56,484 nucleotides of DNA, taken from a virus. Its lineage: Duplodnaviria > Caudoviricetes. The DNA is taken from positions 1 to 56,484 of IMG/VR virus record IMGVR_UViG_3300049437_000074. One strand, written 5' to 3'. The first letter of the stretch is position 1, and each line of letters starts with the position of its first letter. Shown piece after piece: positions 1-10,116 of the stretch. The position numbers and the translations under genes are program-made. The notes under the pieces are model-generated. The model saw nothing but the letters and a program-made list of their open reading frames with translations. It searched no databases and had not been told where the DNA came from.

Positions 1-1819
1 CGGCGGCACGTTTACATCAGCGGGAGGAGTAGCCAGTACATCAAAAATAGCTAAATGGAATATTTTAACCAGTGCTTGGAGTAGTGTTACTTCTGGCTTG
101 TCAGGTGCAACTTCAATTAGAGCGTTGGCCTTTGATAGTTCGGGCAATCTCTATATTGGGGGTGATTTTACAAATATTGGGGATGCTAACGGTGATTACA
201 TCCTAAAATGGAACGGCAGTACCTTGAGTTCATTGGGAACTGGATTAAATGATGTTTGTCACGGACTAGCCACAAGTGGCACAAATGTCTACTTGGTTGG
301 TTCTTTTTCATTAGCTGGAGGAGTAGCCAGTACTAGCCGGGTGGCACTTTGGAATGGTAGTGTATTTAGCCCTTTAGGAACGGGAGCAAACAATAATTCC
401 GCATTAGCTATTGCAATCTCTGGTTCAGATATTTATGTTGGCGGCAGCTTTACCTTAATGGGGGGGGTAGCTAATGCGGTACGTATTGCCCGGTGGGATG
501 GTGCCGTTTGGAATCCGTTAAGCACGGGAATTGGCGGAGGGCAGGTCAATGGTATTGCTATTTCTGGTACTGATGTTTATATAGCTGGTACATTTATAGA
601 TTTAGTAGATGCCAACGGTGATGGTATCACTAAATGGAATGGTAGTGCCTTTAGCTCTCTTTCGACTGGGATAACCTCATTAGGTAATTGCGTGGGAATT
701 ATCGGCACTGATGTTTATATCGGGGGATCATTTACTAATATCGGCACGGCTAACGGTGATTACATTATCCGTTTTGACGGAGCAGCTTTCAACGATGATG
801 CTCAAAGTTTAGCTAGTCTAACCGTCAACGCTGCTATTAACGCGCTGGTAAAAGATACAAGCGGAAATATCTACATTGGGGGGGGGTTCACTTCTCCAAC
901 TAATTACATAATCGGCTATGGCGCTGATGGCAGCGACTTTTTTAATCTGAGTATATCAGGCTTAAATGGCGTTGTTTACACGCTGGCTATTGATGGCAGT
1001 GACAATCTTTATATTGGAGGTGCGTTCACCCTGCACGGCTCAATTACCCTTAATTACGTTGCCAAGTGGACAAGCGCGGGTGGAATTGTAGCCCTGGCCT
1101 CTGGCGTCTCTGGTACTGTCCGGGCCATTGCCATCAACCCAACTAATAACAATGTCTGGGTTGCCGGTGATAGTGGTCTACTCGCTTATTACAACGGCAC
1201 AAAATGGACAGTCATTACCACGTCAACCACGGCGACTATCTATGCTCTGACTTTTGATGAGGACGGGCAGCTATTCATTGGCGGGGCATTTGCAACTATT
1301 GGGGGAGTGTCAGCAGAGGGTGTTACTAAACTCTACCCGGCCAACTCAAGCGGCCTATTCTTTCAACTTGACGTTGACCTGCCCTCTACCCCTACCGTCT
1401 ACGCCATTCTAATTGACGGTGATGAGATCACGCTAGGCTTTAGCACAGCGGGGTCGGCGGTCAGTCCTGGCACTACCACTATAACCAACAATGGCACAGC
1501 CAACGCTTATCCGGTGGTTAAGGTGACGGGGCCGGGGACGGTGCGAGAATTAACCAACGTAACCACCGGGAAAACAATCCAATTCAGTGGCTTGACTTTA
1601 GGCGGCACAGAGACGATGACTTTGGATTTGCGGCTATTCAAAAAGACGCTTAAGAGCAATCTTAGACCGGCCTTAAATAGCAAAATCCAGCAATCCGATC
1701 TTGACGAATGGTCACTTCAACCGGGGGCTAACTCGGTTAATTTACTGATAACCGATAGCAGCGCAACGGGGTCAATGACGTGGGAGCTACTCCACGAAAG
1801 CGTTGACGGTGGCGTATGA
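1..1819 (+). CDS. C-terminal part of distal tail (Dit-like) protein with multiple beta-propeller repeats (5' part at 54948-56484)
   Basis: Frame is open from base 2 (GGTFTSAGGVASTSKIAKWN...). Repeated 'lYiGGxFt...iaxWnG' blades. C-terminus TITNNGTANAYPVVKVTGP...WSLQPGANS is typical of Dit C-termini. Confidence 0.75.
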   Translation, partial: GGTFTSAGGVASTSKIAKWNILTSAWSSVTSGLSGATSIRALAFDSSGNLYIGGDFTNIGDANGDYILKWNGSTLSSLGTGLNDVCHGLATSGTNVYLVGSFSLAGGVASTSRVALWNGSVFSPLGTGANNNSALAIAISGSDIYVGGSFTLMGGVANAVRIARWDGAVWNPLSTGIGGGQVNGIAISGTDVYIAGTFIDLVDANGDGITKWNGSAFSSLSTGITSLGNCVGIIGTDVYIGGSFTNIGTANGDYIIRFDGAAFNDDAQSLASLTVNAAINALVKDTSGNIYIGGGFTSPTNYIIGYGADGSDFFNLSISGLNGVVYTLAIDGSDNLYIGGAFTLHGSITLNYVAKWTSAGGIVALASGVSGTVRAIAINPTNNNVWVAGDSGLLAYYNGTKWTVITTSTTATIYALTFDEDGQLFIGGAFATIGGVSAEGVTKLYPANSSGLFFQLDVDLPSTPTVYAILIDGDEITLGFSTAGSAVSPGTTTITNNGTANAYPVVKVTGPGTVRELTNVTTGKTIQFSGLTLGGTETMTLDLRLFKKTLKSNLRPALNSKIQQSDLDEWSLQPGANSVNLLITDSSATGSMTWELLHESVDGGV

Positions 1820-2973
1820 CAACCTCACAATCAATAATCCCCTCTTATACCGTTTGGATTGGCTCACAGACAGGTGAGCGATACCAAACCATCAAGGGCA
1901 TCTCAAAAATATCTGTGGGGCTGGCTCAAAACAATTGGGGGGTGGCTGAAGTTGTTTTTGCAGGCCGTGATAGTTTTGGTAAAGAGTTTGATTTTGGCTT
2001 GGTTCAAGAGGATGGATGGCTGGAAGTTTGGCGCGGGGTGAATGACCAGCCCAAACAGATGCAAGGGGAATCGCCATTCTTGACTGTCTTGAGTGAACAG
2101 AGCATCAGTAAAAACGGGGCCTATACTATTCGGCTGGTGGGTTACTCTGCCGCCTTTATTGCCTCTTGGCCGATTGTAGCCTATGACGCCGGCACGGCTT
2201 ACAGCGCCAAAACCGGGGCGGCTGATGACATGATTAAAGAGATAGCCGCTGAAAACGTAGGGGCCAGTGCCACCGATACAAGCCGGGATATGTCGGACTT
2301 ACTGACAATCCAGACAGACAGCAGCGAGGGCGAAACGATTACCAAATCATTCGCCCGGCGCAAGCTGAATTTGATTTACAATGAGCTTTGCGAAGCATCA
2401 GCTAATCAAGGGACGCGCCTATTTTGGGACGTGGTACTATCCTCTCCAAGCGATTTAACCACCCGATTGTTACAACTCAAAACCTACGCCGGTACACGAG
2501 GCGAGAATCGTGGGTTAGATAGCGACTCCCCTTTGATCTTCTCGCACAAGTACGGCAATCTGGAAAATGTCAGCCTGACAAGAGATTATAAAGGCGTAGT
2601 CAATCGGGCTTTTGGATTGGGGCAAGGTACCGAGGCAGCGCGTAACGTACAAACGGCTTCGGATGCTACCCGAATAGCCGCGAGTCCTTTTGGCTACATT
2701 AAAGAGGCAACTCGACAAGCAAGTATGGCGACAACCGATAATGCGGTACTGGCCGAGGCTTATACCCTACTTAGAGACAAGCGGGTTAGATTGCAACTGG
2801 CCGGCGATATAGTCAATACGCCATCTTGTCAATTTGGGACGCATTGGAATCACGGTGACTTGGTAGTAGTGGAAGAATTTAGGGAACGCCATGAGGCTAT
2901 CATAAGCCCGGTGTCACTAGATTATTCTGGGGGTAAAGAGACGATCCACGCAAAGTTGCAGGTGGAAGTATGA
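1816..2973 (+). CDS. Tail hub/baseplate protein (siphovirus Gp37-like minor tail protein)
   Basis: Lies between Dit and the fibre gene. Motifs FSHKYGNLENVSL, NRAFGLGQG and FGTHWNHGDLV resemble this family. ATGA overlaps at both ends. Confidence 0.65.
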   Translation: MTTSQSIIPSYTVWIGSQTGERYQTIKGISKISVGLAQNNWGVAEVVFAGRDSFGKEFDFGLVQEDGWLEVWRGVNDQPKQMQGESPFLTVLSEQSISKNGAYTIRLVGYSAAFIASWPIVAYDAGTAYSAKTGAADDMIKEIAAENVGASATDTSRDMSDLLTIQTDSSEGETITKSFARRKLNLIYNELCEASANQGTRLFWDVVLSSPSDLTTRLLQLKTYAGTRGENRGLDSDSPLIFSHKYGNLENVSLTRDYKGVVNRAFGLGQGTEAARNVQTASDATRIAASPFGYIKEATRQASMATTDNAVLAEAYTLLRDKRVRLQLAGDIVNTPSCQFGTHWNHGDLVVVEEFRERHEAIISPVSLDYSGGKETIHAKLQVEV

Positions 2974-5327
2974 GCGACTTAATAGCCCAAGTAGCAGAAC
3001 ATAAAAAGATCATAGAACAACTCGTTACTGCCGAATGGTCTGGCACAATCACCAGCGGTGCGCCCTGGTACAATGGCGCGGGTGCGCCTGGGGGTGGGTT
3101 AGGGTCAGACGGCGACTATTATCTCAACGTTTCTAATGATGACCTGTATTATAAATCAACCGGGGTTTGGGGGATTATAGGCAACATCGGCGGCCCCACA
3201 GGTGCAACCGGGGCGACGGGCGCAACCGGAGCCACAGGAGCGACGGGCGCAACCGGGGCGGCTGGTACAAACGGGACAAATGGAACTAATGGCACGGACG
3301 GGGCCGACGGTACAATCTGGTATTATGGCAGCGGAGCGCCAGGTGCGGGTACGGGCGTTGATGGTGATTTTTATATGGATGACCTTAACGGGCGGGTCTA
3401 CTATAAAGCCGCCGGTTCGTGGTCTATCATTTTTACTTTTGTTGCAGCTTCAGCGTGGGAGTTTGATAATGTTTTCTCGATTTCTACCACCAATTCAAAC
3501 GCCGCCTTTTCAGACATCGCTACCGCTATCGCTTCCGGTCTGGTAGGTTTACGTGATGGTCTGGTTTTGGATGCGGAGAGTTTTAGCTCTGCCTCTGCTA
3601 CCGACTTGAGTATCCAATCTATGACCATTTCCGGTGGGTTGGGGCAGGCCATTGTTACCAGTTCGATCAGTAACGATTTTACTTTTAAAATTACTAATGT
3701 CGGCGCAATCCTGAGATACTTACAAGTTGCTCACACGGCGGCAGGTGCGCTGTCGGGTTGCATCAAATCTAATCAAGATGGCTCGGTTTATGACCATCTT
3801 AGAACGATCAAAACTTCCGGTGCGGCCACTACCGCCGTAGGTATTCACATTTACGGCGGCGCTTCATCAGGCCATATTATCCAGGATTGTGATGTATCCG
3901 TAACCGTTGGCACGACAAAATACGGGGTATTGATAGATACGGCGGCCTCCAATGTATCAATCGAGGGCGGGGAATTTGACGCGGCTACAGCAGATATTCG
4001 GGTGAATCACGCCTCCGCTAATGTCGTCCTAAAGGGGCCACGTCTAAAAAGTGGCGGGTTGTCGGTAGCAGCCGGAACGGTGACAGGATACTACATCAAT
4101 TCAGCCGGGGATATTGTTGATGTGAATATCACGGCCAGTCGGGCGCTGGTATCTAGCTCAGGACAGGCTATTACTCACTCTATCGTAACAGCTACAGAAT
4201 TGAGCTATTTAAGCGGGGTGACATTTCCTGTACAGGCAATACATACACCCCCCATCCTCATCAATGGACACCCCATCATTGCCCAGCGTGGCACGTCATT
4301 CGCGGCGGCGGCTGATGGGACTTATGCAGTAGACCGGATAGGCTATTTCAAGTCCGGTTTGATGGTTCATACGCTTTCTCAAAGTACCAGTGTTCCAACG
4401 GTTGCGGAGGCCGGTAGTCAATTTGCCTACTCGGTCAAGGCCGATTGCACTACTATTGATGCCACCATCGGCGCGGGTGATTATTGCTTTTTTAGATACA
4501 TCATTGAGGGTTACGATTGGCTAAAGCTGTCTCAGCAGCAGTGGACTATTCCCTTTTGGGTTTACGGCACAAAGACAGGGACTCACTGTTTTGCGGTAGT
4601 CAATAGTGGGAGTGACCGGAGTTATGTCGCTGAATATACCATCAATACCACTAACACATGGGAGTATAAAACGGTTACAATTCCGGCCTCTCCCAGCGCC
4701 GGAACCTGGGATTATACCAACGGCATGGGGGCGCGGCTTTTCTGGACACTGGCTGGTGGTTCAACTTACCAGACTACCGCCGGCGCGTGGCAAACTGGCA
4801 ACTTCTTTAGTACGGCGAATCAGGTCAATGCCTGCGATAGTACAAGTAATGATTTCCAGATAATCATCGGTGATCCCGTTCCTGGCCCATACGCTCGCCC
4901 CTTACTACCAAATCCCTTTGGGAATTACCAGAACTTACTAGCCCGCTGCCTACGCTATGCCTATGTGCTGGACGCGACAACCAACACTGCCAATGTTGGA
5001 TGGGGGGCGAAATTTAGCACCAACGGCATCAGTGTACAAGTACCTCTGATTGTGCCAATGAGGACAGCGCCGGCACTCGTTCACAACATCACGGGCTACA
5101 CGGCGGGCGCTCCGGGTACTACTACCGTTGGAATAGTGGATATTGGGGCCAACGCCTTTTTTACGATAACCGGCGCTTTGACGGTTACGCTGGCCCAGAT
5201 CAACCGCACGTTTGCCGGGATGCAATTTACGGCTGGTACAAGTTGGAGTGGCACAGCTAATGACGCGGCCACATTACGACTTGGACCATCAGTGGTTATG
5301 ATTTTAGCCCCTACTGATTATAGTTAA
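2970..5327 (+). CDS. Tail fibre / receptor-binding protein
   Basis: 785 aa: collagen G-X-Y run flanked by duplicated WYxGxGAP..G.DGD(Y/F)Y motifs, then a beta-helix-like segment and a carbohydrate-binding-like region (INGHPIIAQRGTS...NTWEYKTVTIP). Confidence 0.8.
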   Translation: MSDLIAQVAEHKKIIEQLVTAEWSGTITSGAPWYNGAGAPGGGLGSDGDYYLNVSNDDLYYKSTGVWGIIGNIGGPTGATGATGATGATGATGATGAAGTNGTNGTNGTDGADGTIWYYGSGAPGAGTGVDGDFYMDDLNGRVYYKAAGSWSIIFTFVAASAWEFDNVFSISTTNSNAAFSDIATAIASGLVGLRDGLVLDAESFSSASATDLSIQSMTISGGLGQAIVTSSISNDFTFKITNVGAILRYLQVAHTAAGALSGCIKSNQDGSVYDHLRTIKTSGAATTAVGIHIYGGASSGHIIQDCDVSVTVGTTKYGVLIDTAASNVSIEGGEFDAATADIRVNHASANVVLKGPRLKSGGLSVAAGTVTGYYINSAGDIVDVNITASRALVSSSGQAITHSIVTATELSYLSGVTFPVQAIHTPPILINGHPIIAQRGTSFAAAADGTYAVDRIGYFKSGLMVHTLSQSTSVPTVAEAGSQFAYSVKADCTTIDATIGAGDYCFFRYIIEGYDWLKLSQQQWTIPFWVYGTKTGTHCFAVVNSGSDRSYVAEYTINTTNTWEYKTVTIPASPSAGTWDYTNGMGARLFWTLAGGSTYQTTAGAWQTGNFFSTANQVNACDSTSNDFQIIIGDPVPGPYARPLLPNPFGNYQNLLARCLRYAYVLDATTNTANVGWGAKFSTNGISVQVPLIVPMRTAPALVHNITGYTAGAPGTTTVGIVDIGANAFFTITGALTVTLAQINRTFAGMQFTAGTSWSGTANDAATLRLGPSVVMILAPTDYS
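3192..3311 (+). repeat. Collagen-like 9-bp-period repeat (GAT/GTN peptide triplets) in tail fibre
   Basis: Encodes GPTGATGATGATGATGATGATGAAGTNGTNGTNGTDGADG. Confidence 0.9.
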
Positions 5328-5339
5328 AAGGAGAATATT

Positions 5340-5768
5340 ATGAGTATTGCTATTTTAAAAATCACTATTGACAATGACCCGCAAACATTTGAGCCTGTAT
5401 CGCGGGCCGCTTATATTTACATCTCAAACAACGGCAGCGCCTTTATGCACACGGTTAGCCCGTTGCCCTTGACCGGGGATATACAAACGATCCTCAACGC
5501 CGATGAGCCTGCCCTATTCACCAGCGCACAGACCGGGGGGATTCTGCCAACGGCAAGGGAGAAGGCCGAAGCGGAGCGGCTTATCTGGCTCACTGCCAAC
5601 CCTAATGCCAAGCTGATTTTCAGCGCAACCCCGGCGGCTCTTGAGGCTAGTATTGTTGAAACGGTTGACATACTGTTTTCTGGCAAACCGGCATTGGACA
5701 GGACAAAAATGAAGCGCTTGCTAATGGGTCTATCGTTGGTTGCCAGGGAAGCGGTTTTGGAGGATTGA
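5340..5768 (+). CDS. Hypothetical protein (possible tail fibre assembly factor)
   Basis: AGGAG RBS; directly follows the fibre gene. Confidence 0.55.
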   Translation: MSIAILKITIDNDPQTFEPVSRAAYIYISNNGSAFMHTVSPLPLTGDIQTILNADEPALFTSAQTGGILPTAREKAEAERLIWLTANPNAKLIFSATPAALEASIVETVDILFSGKPALDRTKMKRLLMGLSLVAREAVLED

Positions 5769-6088
5769 TAGCCGCCCTCGCTGGCCTGCTGCTGCTGTTG
5801 CCACAGCCAACCTACAGCGGAGCTTTGAGCTATGCCCCGCTTGAGAAAGTGGTAGCAAACCGGGGTTGGGAGAATACCGAGTACTTTGATATTCTCCTGG
5901 CGGTGCCAGACTGTGCTCACTTGGGCGAGTGGGCCGATGTAAAGATTAAAGATGGGCCGGCGTTGCTTGGAATCATTGTGGACTGTGAAGCGCCGGAACA
6001 CGCCGGGCAACTGGCAGCGCGGGGGTTGGCAGCAGACGGGAATCTAAAGCAGTGGGTACACTGGGAAGTAGAGATAACAGTGAGGTGA
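5765..6088 (+). CDS. Small exported protein (signal peptide; possible double-psi beta-barrel-like fold)
   Basis: Hydrophobic N-terminus; DCAHLGEW...IIVDCE motif; last sizeable gene of the late operon. Confidence 0.4.
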   Translation: MIAALAGLLLLLPQPTYSGALSYAPLEKVVANRGWENTEYFDILLAVPDCAHLGEWADVKIKDGPALLGIIVDCEAPEHAGQLAARGLAADGNLKQWVHWEVEITVR

Positions 6089-6180
6089 CGCAATGCCGGG
6101 GGTTGTTTTTGTCGCCGTTGTTTTGATAGTGTGTATCTATTTACTGATTAGGATATTGGATGATATGGGTAAGTGGATAT

Positions 6181-6210
6181 AAAAAAGCCTCTGAGCAATC
6201 AGAGGCTTTT
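6181..6210. terminator. Bidirectional intrinsic terminator between the late operon and the leftward arm
   Basis: AAAAAAGCCTCTGA-GCAA-TCAGAGGCTTTT between convergent genes. Confidence 0.85.
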
Positions 6211-6219
6211 CGTTTGGTG

Positions 6220-6675
6220 CTACACACCGCCAATGCCCGCTTCCCAAAACCGTACCACCTTGCCCAGCTTGCGGGCGTGGGCTAGTTCCCGGCGCGTGCT
6301 TTCCCCGATGTAATTATCAACATTCAAAATCAAAACTTCATCAGCCATTTCAATTTTCCGTAAATGAAGCTGGTCAAGCATCTCCTTAATCGCGTCGTAT
6401 TCTTCCCTCGGTAAGTTGCCGAAATGCTGGTCATCTGTGCCACTAGCCGCGCCGATACTCAGCACAATCCGGCCTGCCATTGTCTCTTGTAGCCCGGCCT
6501 CCTGGAAGGTACGCCAAAAGCGGGTAGACCCGCAGAGGCAGACGACAGTTGGCATTTCCCCGGATTGCTTGACTACCGCTTCTAAATCGGTCATTAGCTC
6601 ATCAATTTCATACTCGTAACCAAACTCATTCCAGTGATTGACTACTCTTTTTGCTGTTCGGTAGAGTTGGCTCAC
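6220..6675 (-). CDS. Nucleoside 2-deoxyribosyltransferase-like / Rossmannoid phage protein
   Basis: VCLCGSTRF...LHLRKIEMADEVLILNVDNYIGESTRRE motif pattern. Confidence 0.55.
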   Translation of the reverse strand: MSQLYRTAKRVVNHWNEFGYEYEIDELMTDLEAVVKQSGEMPTVVCLCGSTRFWRTFQEAGLQETMAGRIVLSIGAASGTDDQHFGNLPREEYDAIKEMLDQLHLRKIEMADEVLILNVDNYIGESTRRELAHARKLGKVVRFWEAGIGGV

Positions 6676-6793
6676 GACGCACCGCCTGGCCGGGTGGCGT
6701 TACCGTTAATGGAAAACTCCGGCGCTAGTAAGCTTTTCAACTTATTGCCAGTGGTTCGACTTACGTCCAATTCCCGGCCCAGCATCGCCCCGC

Positions 6794-7402
6794 TCATTGG
6801 TTATACTCCCTCTGGACTTTATTGGTAAAGCTTACGATAAAATCATTTAATTCTTTTTGTGTCATCTTTCGTAACTCTTTTCTCCCAGCCTCAAAATAAG
6901 AAAATTCATTCGTCATTCTTAGGGCTAATTGCTCATAGGCAAAAGGACTAGTAACCACCCAAGAGGCAGCAATATCAAATTTTGACCTGTAATCAATCTG
7001 ATGTGACACAATTCTTTTCTTTAGATTGTTAGTTCTACCAAACTTCAAGATACCATCGGCCCGCCGTAAGACATAAATAATCTCGTGATTTCTTTTTGAT
7101 CTCACGGGGGGTATTTCTTTTTCAATTGTTACAGTTCTTTCGATAGTGACAGGTACAATTTTTTCTTTAATAACTTCAACTATCTCGGTAACGGTTGGAT
7201 AAGCTAACCGGCTTACTTTGCTAAATACTATGGCTATAGTACCCAAATAAGAATAGATCCAAAAATGAGCCTTATACCCGCTGTAACCGTATTGTGTTAA
7301 AAACTCCATTAGAGCCAGATACGTTAAAACAAGGAGTAAGCAAAGTGAGATTGTCCAGAATATTAACTTACCCAGTCTGGCTAATTCGCTGTTTAAGGTC
7401 AT
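6794..7402 (-). CDS. Two-TM membrane protein fused to a GIY-YIG (T5orf172-like) domain
   Basis: Two hydrophobic helices, then IYVLRRADGILKFGRTNNLKKRI...E; AT-rich; translationally coupled to the ParR-like gene. Confidence 0.6.
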   Translation of the reverse strand: MTLNSELARLGKLIFWTISLCLLLVLTYLALMEFLTQYGYSGYKAHFWIYSYLGTIAIVFSKVSRLAYPTVTEIVEVIKEKIVPVTIERTVTIEKEIPPVRSKRNHEIIYVLRRADGILKFGRTNNLKKRIVSHQIDYRSKFDIAASWVVTSPFAYEQLALRMTNEFSYFEAGRKELRKMTQKELNDFIVSFTNKVQREYNQ

Positions 7403-7701
7403 CCGAACTCGCCCCCCTCTAACCGGCTCAACAGATCATCAACATTCCTTGACGCCTTCTCAGGTTCATCCTTTGAAGTAGCTGACCCGTCACCATTTGA
7501 AACAACTTTGATTTGGTCTATCTGCGCTTTGATGGCCCGCAGTTCGTTTATTATTTCGGTCAACGATGGCTCTTTAGGGTTGCCCATATAGAGCCGGATT
7601 GCTGCCTTAATTTCGGAGGTCTTGAATCCGTCCTTCACCCTAGCTAACCACTCGACTATATCTTTATCAAGACTTTCGTCAAGCTTTAGTAAAAGCTTCA
7701 T
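7399..7701 (-). CDS. ParR-like centromere-binding adaptor
   Basis: Immediately downstream of the actin-like ATPase; N-terminal LKLDESLDKDIVEWL...IKAAIRLY RHH-like pattern and flexible C-terminus. Confidence 0.65.
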   Translation of the reverse strand: MKLLLKLDESLDKDIVEWLARVKDGFKTSEIKAAIRLYMGNPKEPSLTEIINELRAIKAQIDQIKVVSNGDGSATSKDEPEKASRNVDDLLSRLEGGEFG

Positions 7702-8681
7702 TATTCCACCCGCTTACCAAACTTCAAGTATCCGGCGGCGTTAGCCCATTGGGGATTGTTTATCATTTTGGCTTGGGGGTGTTGCTCTATAATCACCGGG
7801 GCGATTGCTTCAGCACCGCCCCCGCATATTAATAGCATATCCAACCTGACAGCACTTCCCCACACTTGAGATGCCTCTCCTAAAATCTTACGGGCGAAAG
7901 ACGAGACTACATCATAAATAATGCCGTTGACATCCTGGGGGATTCCCCGGCGCTTAATTGAGCCGCTTTGCAACACTCCGATAGTCTCATGGCCGTGTAG
8001 ATTTTGGCCGGGGTAGGCTGCGTTTATTCGCTTCTCTACTTCGGACAAGACTGACCACATACCGGCGTCAATCGAAAGGGTTTGAGTAGGGATAGCCCGC
8101 AGTTCTTTGAATGTGGAAACGTTGATTGTGCGGCCTCCGATGTCAATCAGTCCGATCATTCCATCGGCTATCGGGCCGGGTTTGATTTTGCCGTTATCAT
8201 CTAATGCCTCAGAAAAGACAGCGGCCAAACCTTGAGGCAAACAGATGACCTTATTGATAGTAATCTGTTGCGCTTTGCGGTTTGGCCGTGTAATTTTATG
8301 CGTCCCTTGCAGGATGGATTTGAGCTTGCCTTGTGACCCAAAGTCCCCTACCGGCAAACCCGTTACCAGATCAATGCTGGCCTGGGTTGCCTGAGTCATT
8401 TCACTGAGTAGATACAAGTGTAAGGCTAGATATTCGGGGGTAGTAATCCAGTCGGGGTCTTGTCTGCGGGTTACAAACCGGGATTGCTCCAAAGCGGCTT
8501 GTCCTAAAAACCACTCACCTTTTTCGGTGCCGATTTGAGTAGCATGGCCGTTGGTTTCAAGGTTATCCCGGCTGTAGTCAGTCCGTTGAACCTCCCCCCA
8601 AACGCTTTCGATAATAATCCGCTTGCCACTTGGGTCAACGCCCTTTGAGTGAGAATAGCCTACATCAGTTACTTTTAGCAT
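7701..8681 (-). CDS. parM: ParM/StbA-family actin-like partition ATPase
   Basis: Actin-fold motifs DVGYSHSK, VTGLP, PQG, IDIGGRT, CGGGA and ANAAG; 326 aa. Confidence 0.9.
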   Translation of the reverse strand: MLKVTDVGYSHSKGVDPSGKRIIIESVWGEVQRTDYSRDNLETNGHATQIGTEKGEWFLGQAALEQSRFVTRRQDPDWITTPEYLALHLYLLSEMTQATQASIDLVTGLPVGDFGSQGKLKSILQGTHKITRPNRKAQQITINKVICLPQGLAAVFSEALDDNGKIKPGPIADGMIGLIDIGGRTINVSTFKELRAIPTQTLSIDAGMWSVLSEVEKRINAAYPGQNLHGHETIGVLQSGSIKRRGIPQDVNGIIYDVVSSFARKILGEASQVWGSAVRLDMLLICGGGAEAIAPVIIEQHPQAKMINNPQWANAAGYLKFGKRVE

Positions 8682-8715
8682 TATTGCCTCCTGTAGTATA
8701 TACTAGATATAGACT

Positions 8716-8745
8716 ATTATATACCCACTATATACCGTTTGTCAA
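8716..8745 (-). promoter_or_regulatory. sigma70-type promoter of parMR overlapping TATATAC repeats (candidate parC/operator)
   Basis: Minus strand TTGACA-18-TATAAT; three TATATAC copies within 8697-8735. Confidence 0.7.
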
Positions 8746-9345
8746 GTGGCGATTGTGGCGAGTGTGCCCACGAGCCAGCCGGTTAGGGCGTTAATGGTTT
8801 TGGTCCAGTCTCGTTGCTTGCTCATTTTTCATCCTCACATTCATCGGTAAAATATTCGCCGCAATCCTCGCAATGATATTCCTGCTGGTTATCATCATCA
8901 CAAGGCGTCGTTTGGGTTACATTGTCGCTTTCGCAATATGGACAAGTTGTCATCTCGTTTCCTCCCCCGCGTCTGCGGGCGCTGGCTCTGCTTCGACATT
9001 TGTCAAACTCTCTAATGCCAACTCAAAAACCCGGCGCAAGTGCGCGGCTTCCTCTAGTGACAACCTGCGCTTGATTACTAGCGCTAAATGGTTTTCATCT
9101 CCAAAGGTCAAGCTAATGCGAAGTGCTTCTCCCATTGTATTTTCTCCTTTTATCCCACCACCCACCTTACCACTGCACACACGGCCCGCAGCAGGCGCAC
9201 CAACAGCGGCGCGGGCCGGCCTGGTTGCCCCAATTCGCGGGGCCGGCCATTGGCGGTTAGGGTGATGGGGCGGTCTGGTAAAGTGGTCATTTTATGCCTT
9301 CTCTATCGTCGTATTGTCACGACAACACAACGCAACTCGACTGAA

Positions 9346-10116
9346 TCATTCGTGAAACCTGAATCCTCGGTTATCTCGCAGGGAAGGGGCTACTACCTGA
9401 ATAGGCTTACCAAATTCCTTGTCTAGCATTACCCGCACGTTTGACAGGTCAGGGAAAGCCGGGGTAATCTGCCCACTTTCGGGGGAAGTAATCACTCCCT
9501 TTTTGTGGAGCCACACACTTACCTCATTGGCCCGTTCGTGTGACAATTTGATACCAATGCCGTTAGCGGTTTCCAGGGTTGAGCGCATAGACCAGGGCCG
9601 CCACTTGCCGGGGAACGTTGTTTTGCTACTTGACTCCTGCCAACCGTAAGCAGTCATCATCACGGCCAGGATGACCCGCGCAAACTCAAAATCACTTTCA
9701 TTCATCCGGCCCGGCTCAATAGTAGTCTGGATAGCCAGCAGCTTATCCCGTACTTGCTGGCTGCGCTCTCGCTCGATTTCCAAATCCCAACCACGCCAAT
9801 TGTCTATGATAGCCAGCAAAACCCACTTAAGTAGCCAGCCCCCAAGAAACAAAACGGGAATCATAACCACCCAAAACGCGGCCTCTGCCTCTGGGTCACT
9901 GGCCCCCATTTTGTCAAACAGGAAAACGAGGGCAAACCAAAAAGCTATCAAAATAATCAGTCCGGCAAACGTGCCGCCTAAAATATCTCCCAAGTGGTTA
10001 GGCGCGTGATTGTGGATCACGGTTGGGCCGGGCTGCACGACGGGCCGGGGCGCGTTGGAAATTGACATGGCGGCGGCGTTGTTCATTTCTTTTTTAGACC
10101 GGCCAAAGATGCCCAT
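9346..10116 (-). CDS. Membrane protein (2 TM plus cytoplasmic domain)
   Basis: 256 aa ORF with two hydrophobic helices; GGGAG RBS. Confidence 0.65.
   Translation of the reverse strand: MGIFGRSKKEMNNAAAMSISNAPRPVVQPGPTVIHNHAPNHLGDILGGTFAGLIILIAFWFALVFLFDKMGASDPEAEAAFWVVMIPVLFLGGWLLKWVLLAIIDNWRGWDLEIERERSQQVRDKLLAIQTTIEPGRMNESDFEFARVILAVMMTAYGWQESSSKTTFPGKWRPWSMRSTLETANGIGIKLSHERANEVSVWLHKKGVITSPESGQITPAFPDLSNVRVMLDKEFGKPIQVVAPSLRDNRGFRFHE

Noticed and set aside
2970-5327. Diversity-generating retroelement target in the tail fibre
   Set aside because: No reverse transcriptase and no template/variable repeat pair seen.
5417-6010. 197-aa minus-strand ORF and similar antisense ORFs over structural genes
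   Set aside because: They overlap better-supported, RBS-bearing, co-oriented genes.
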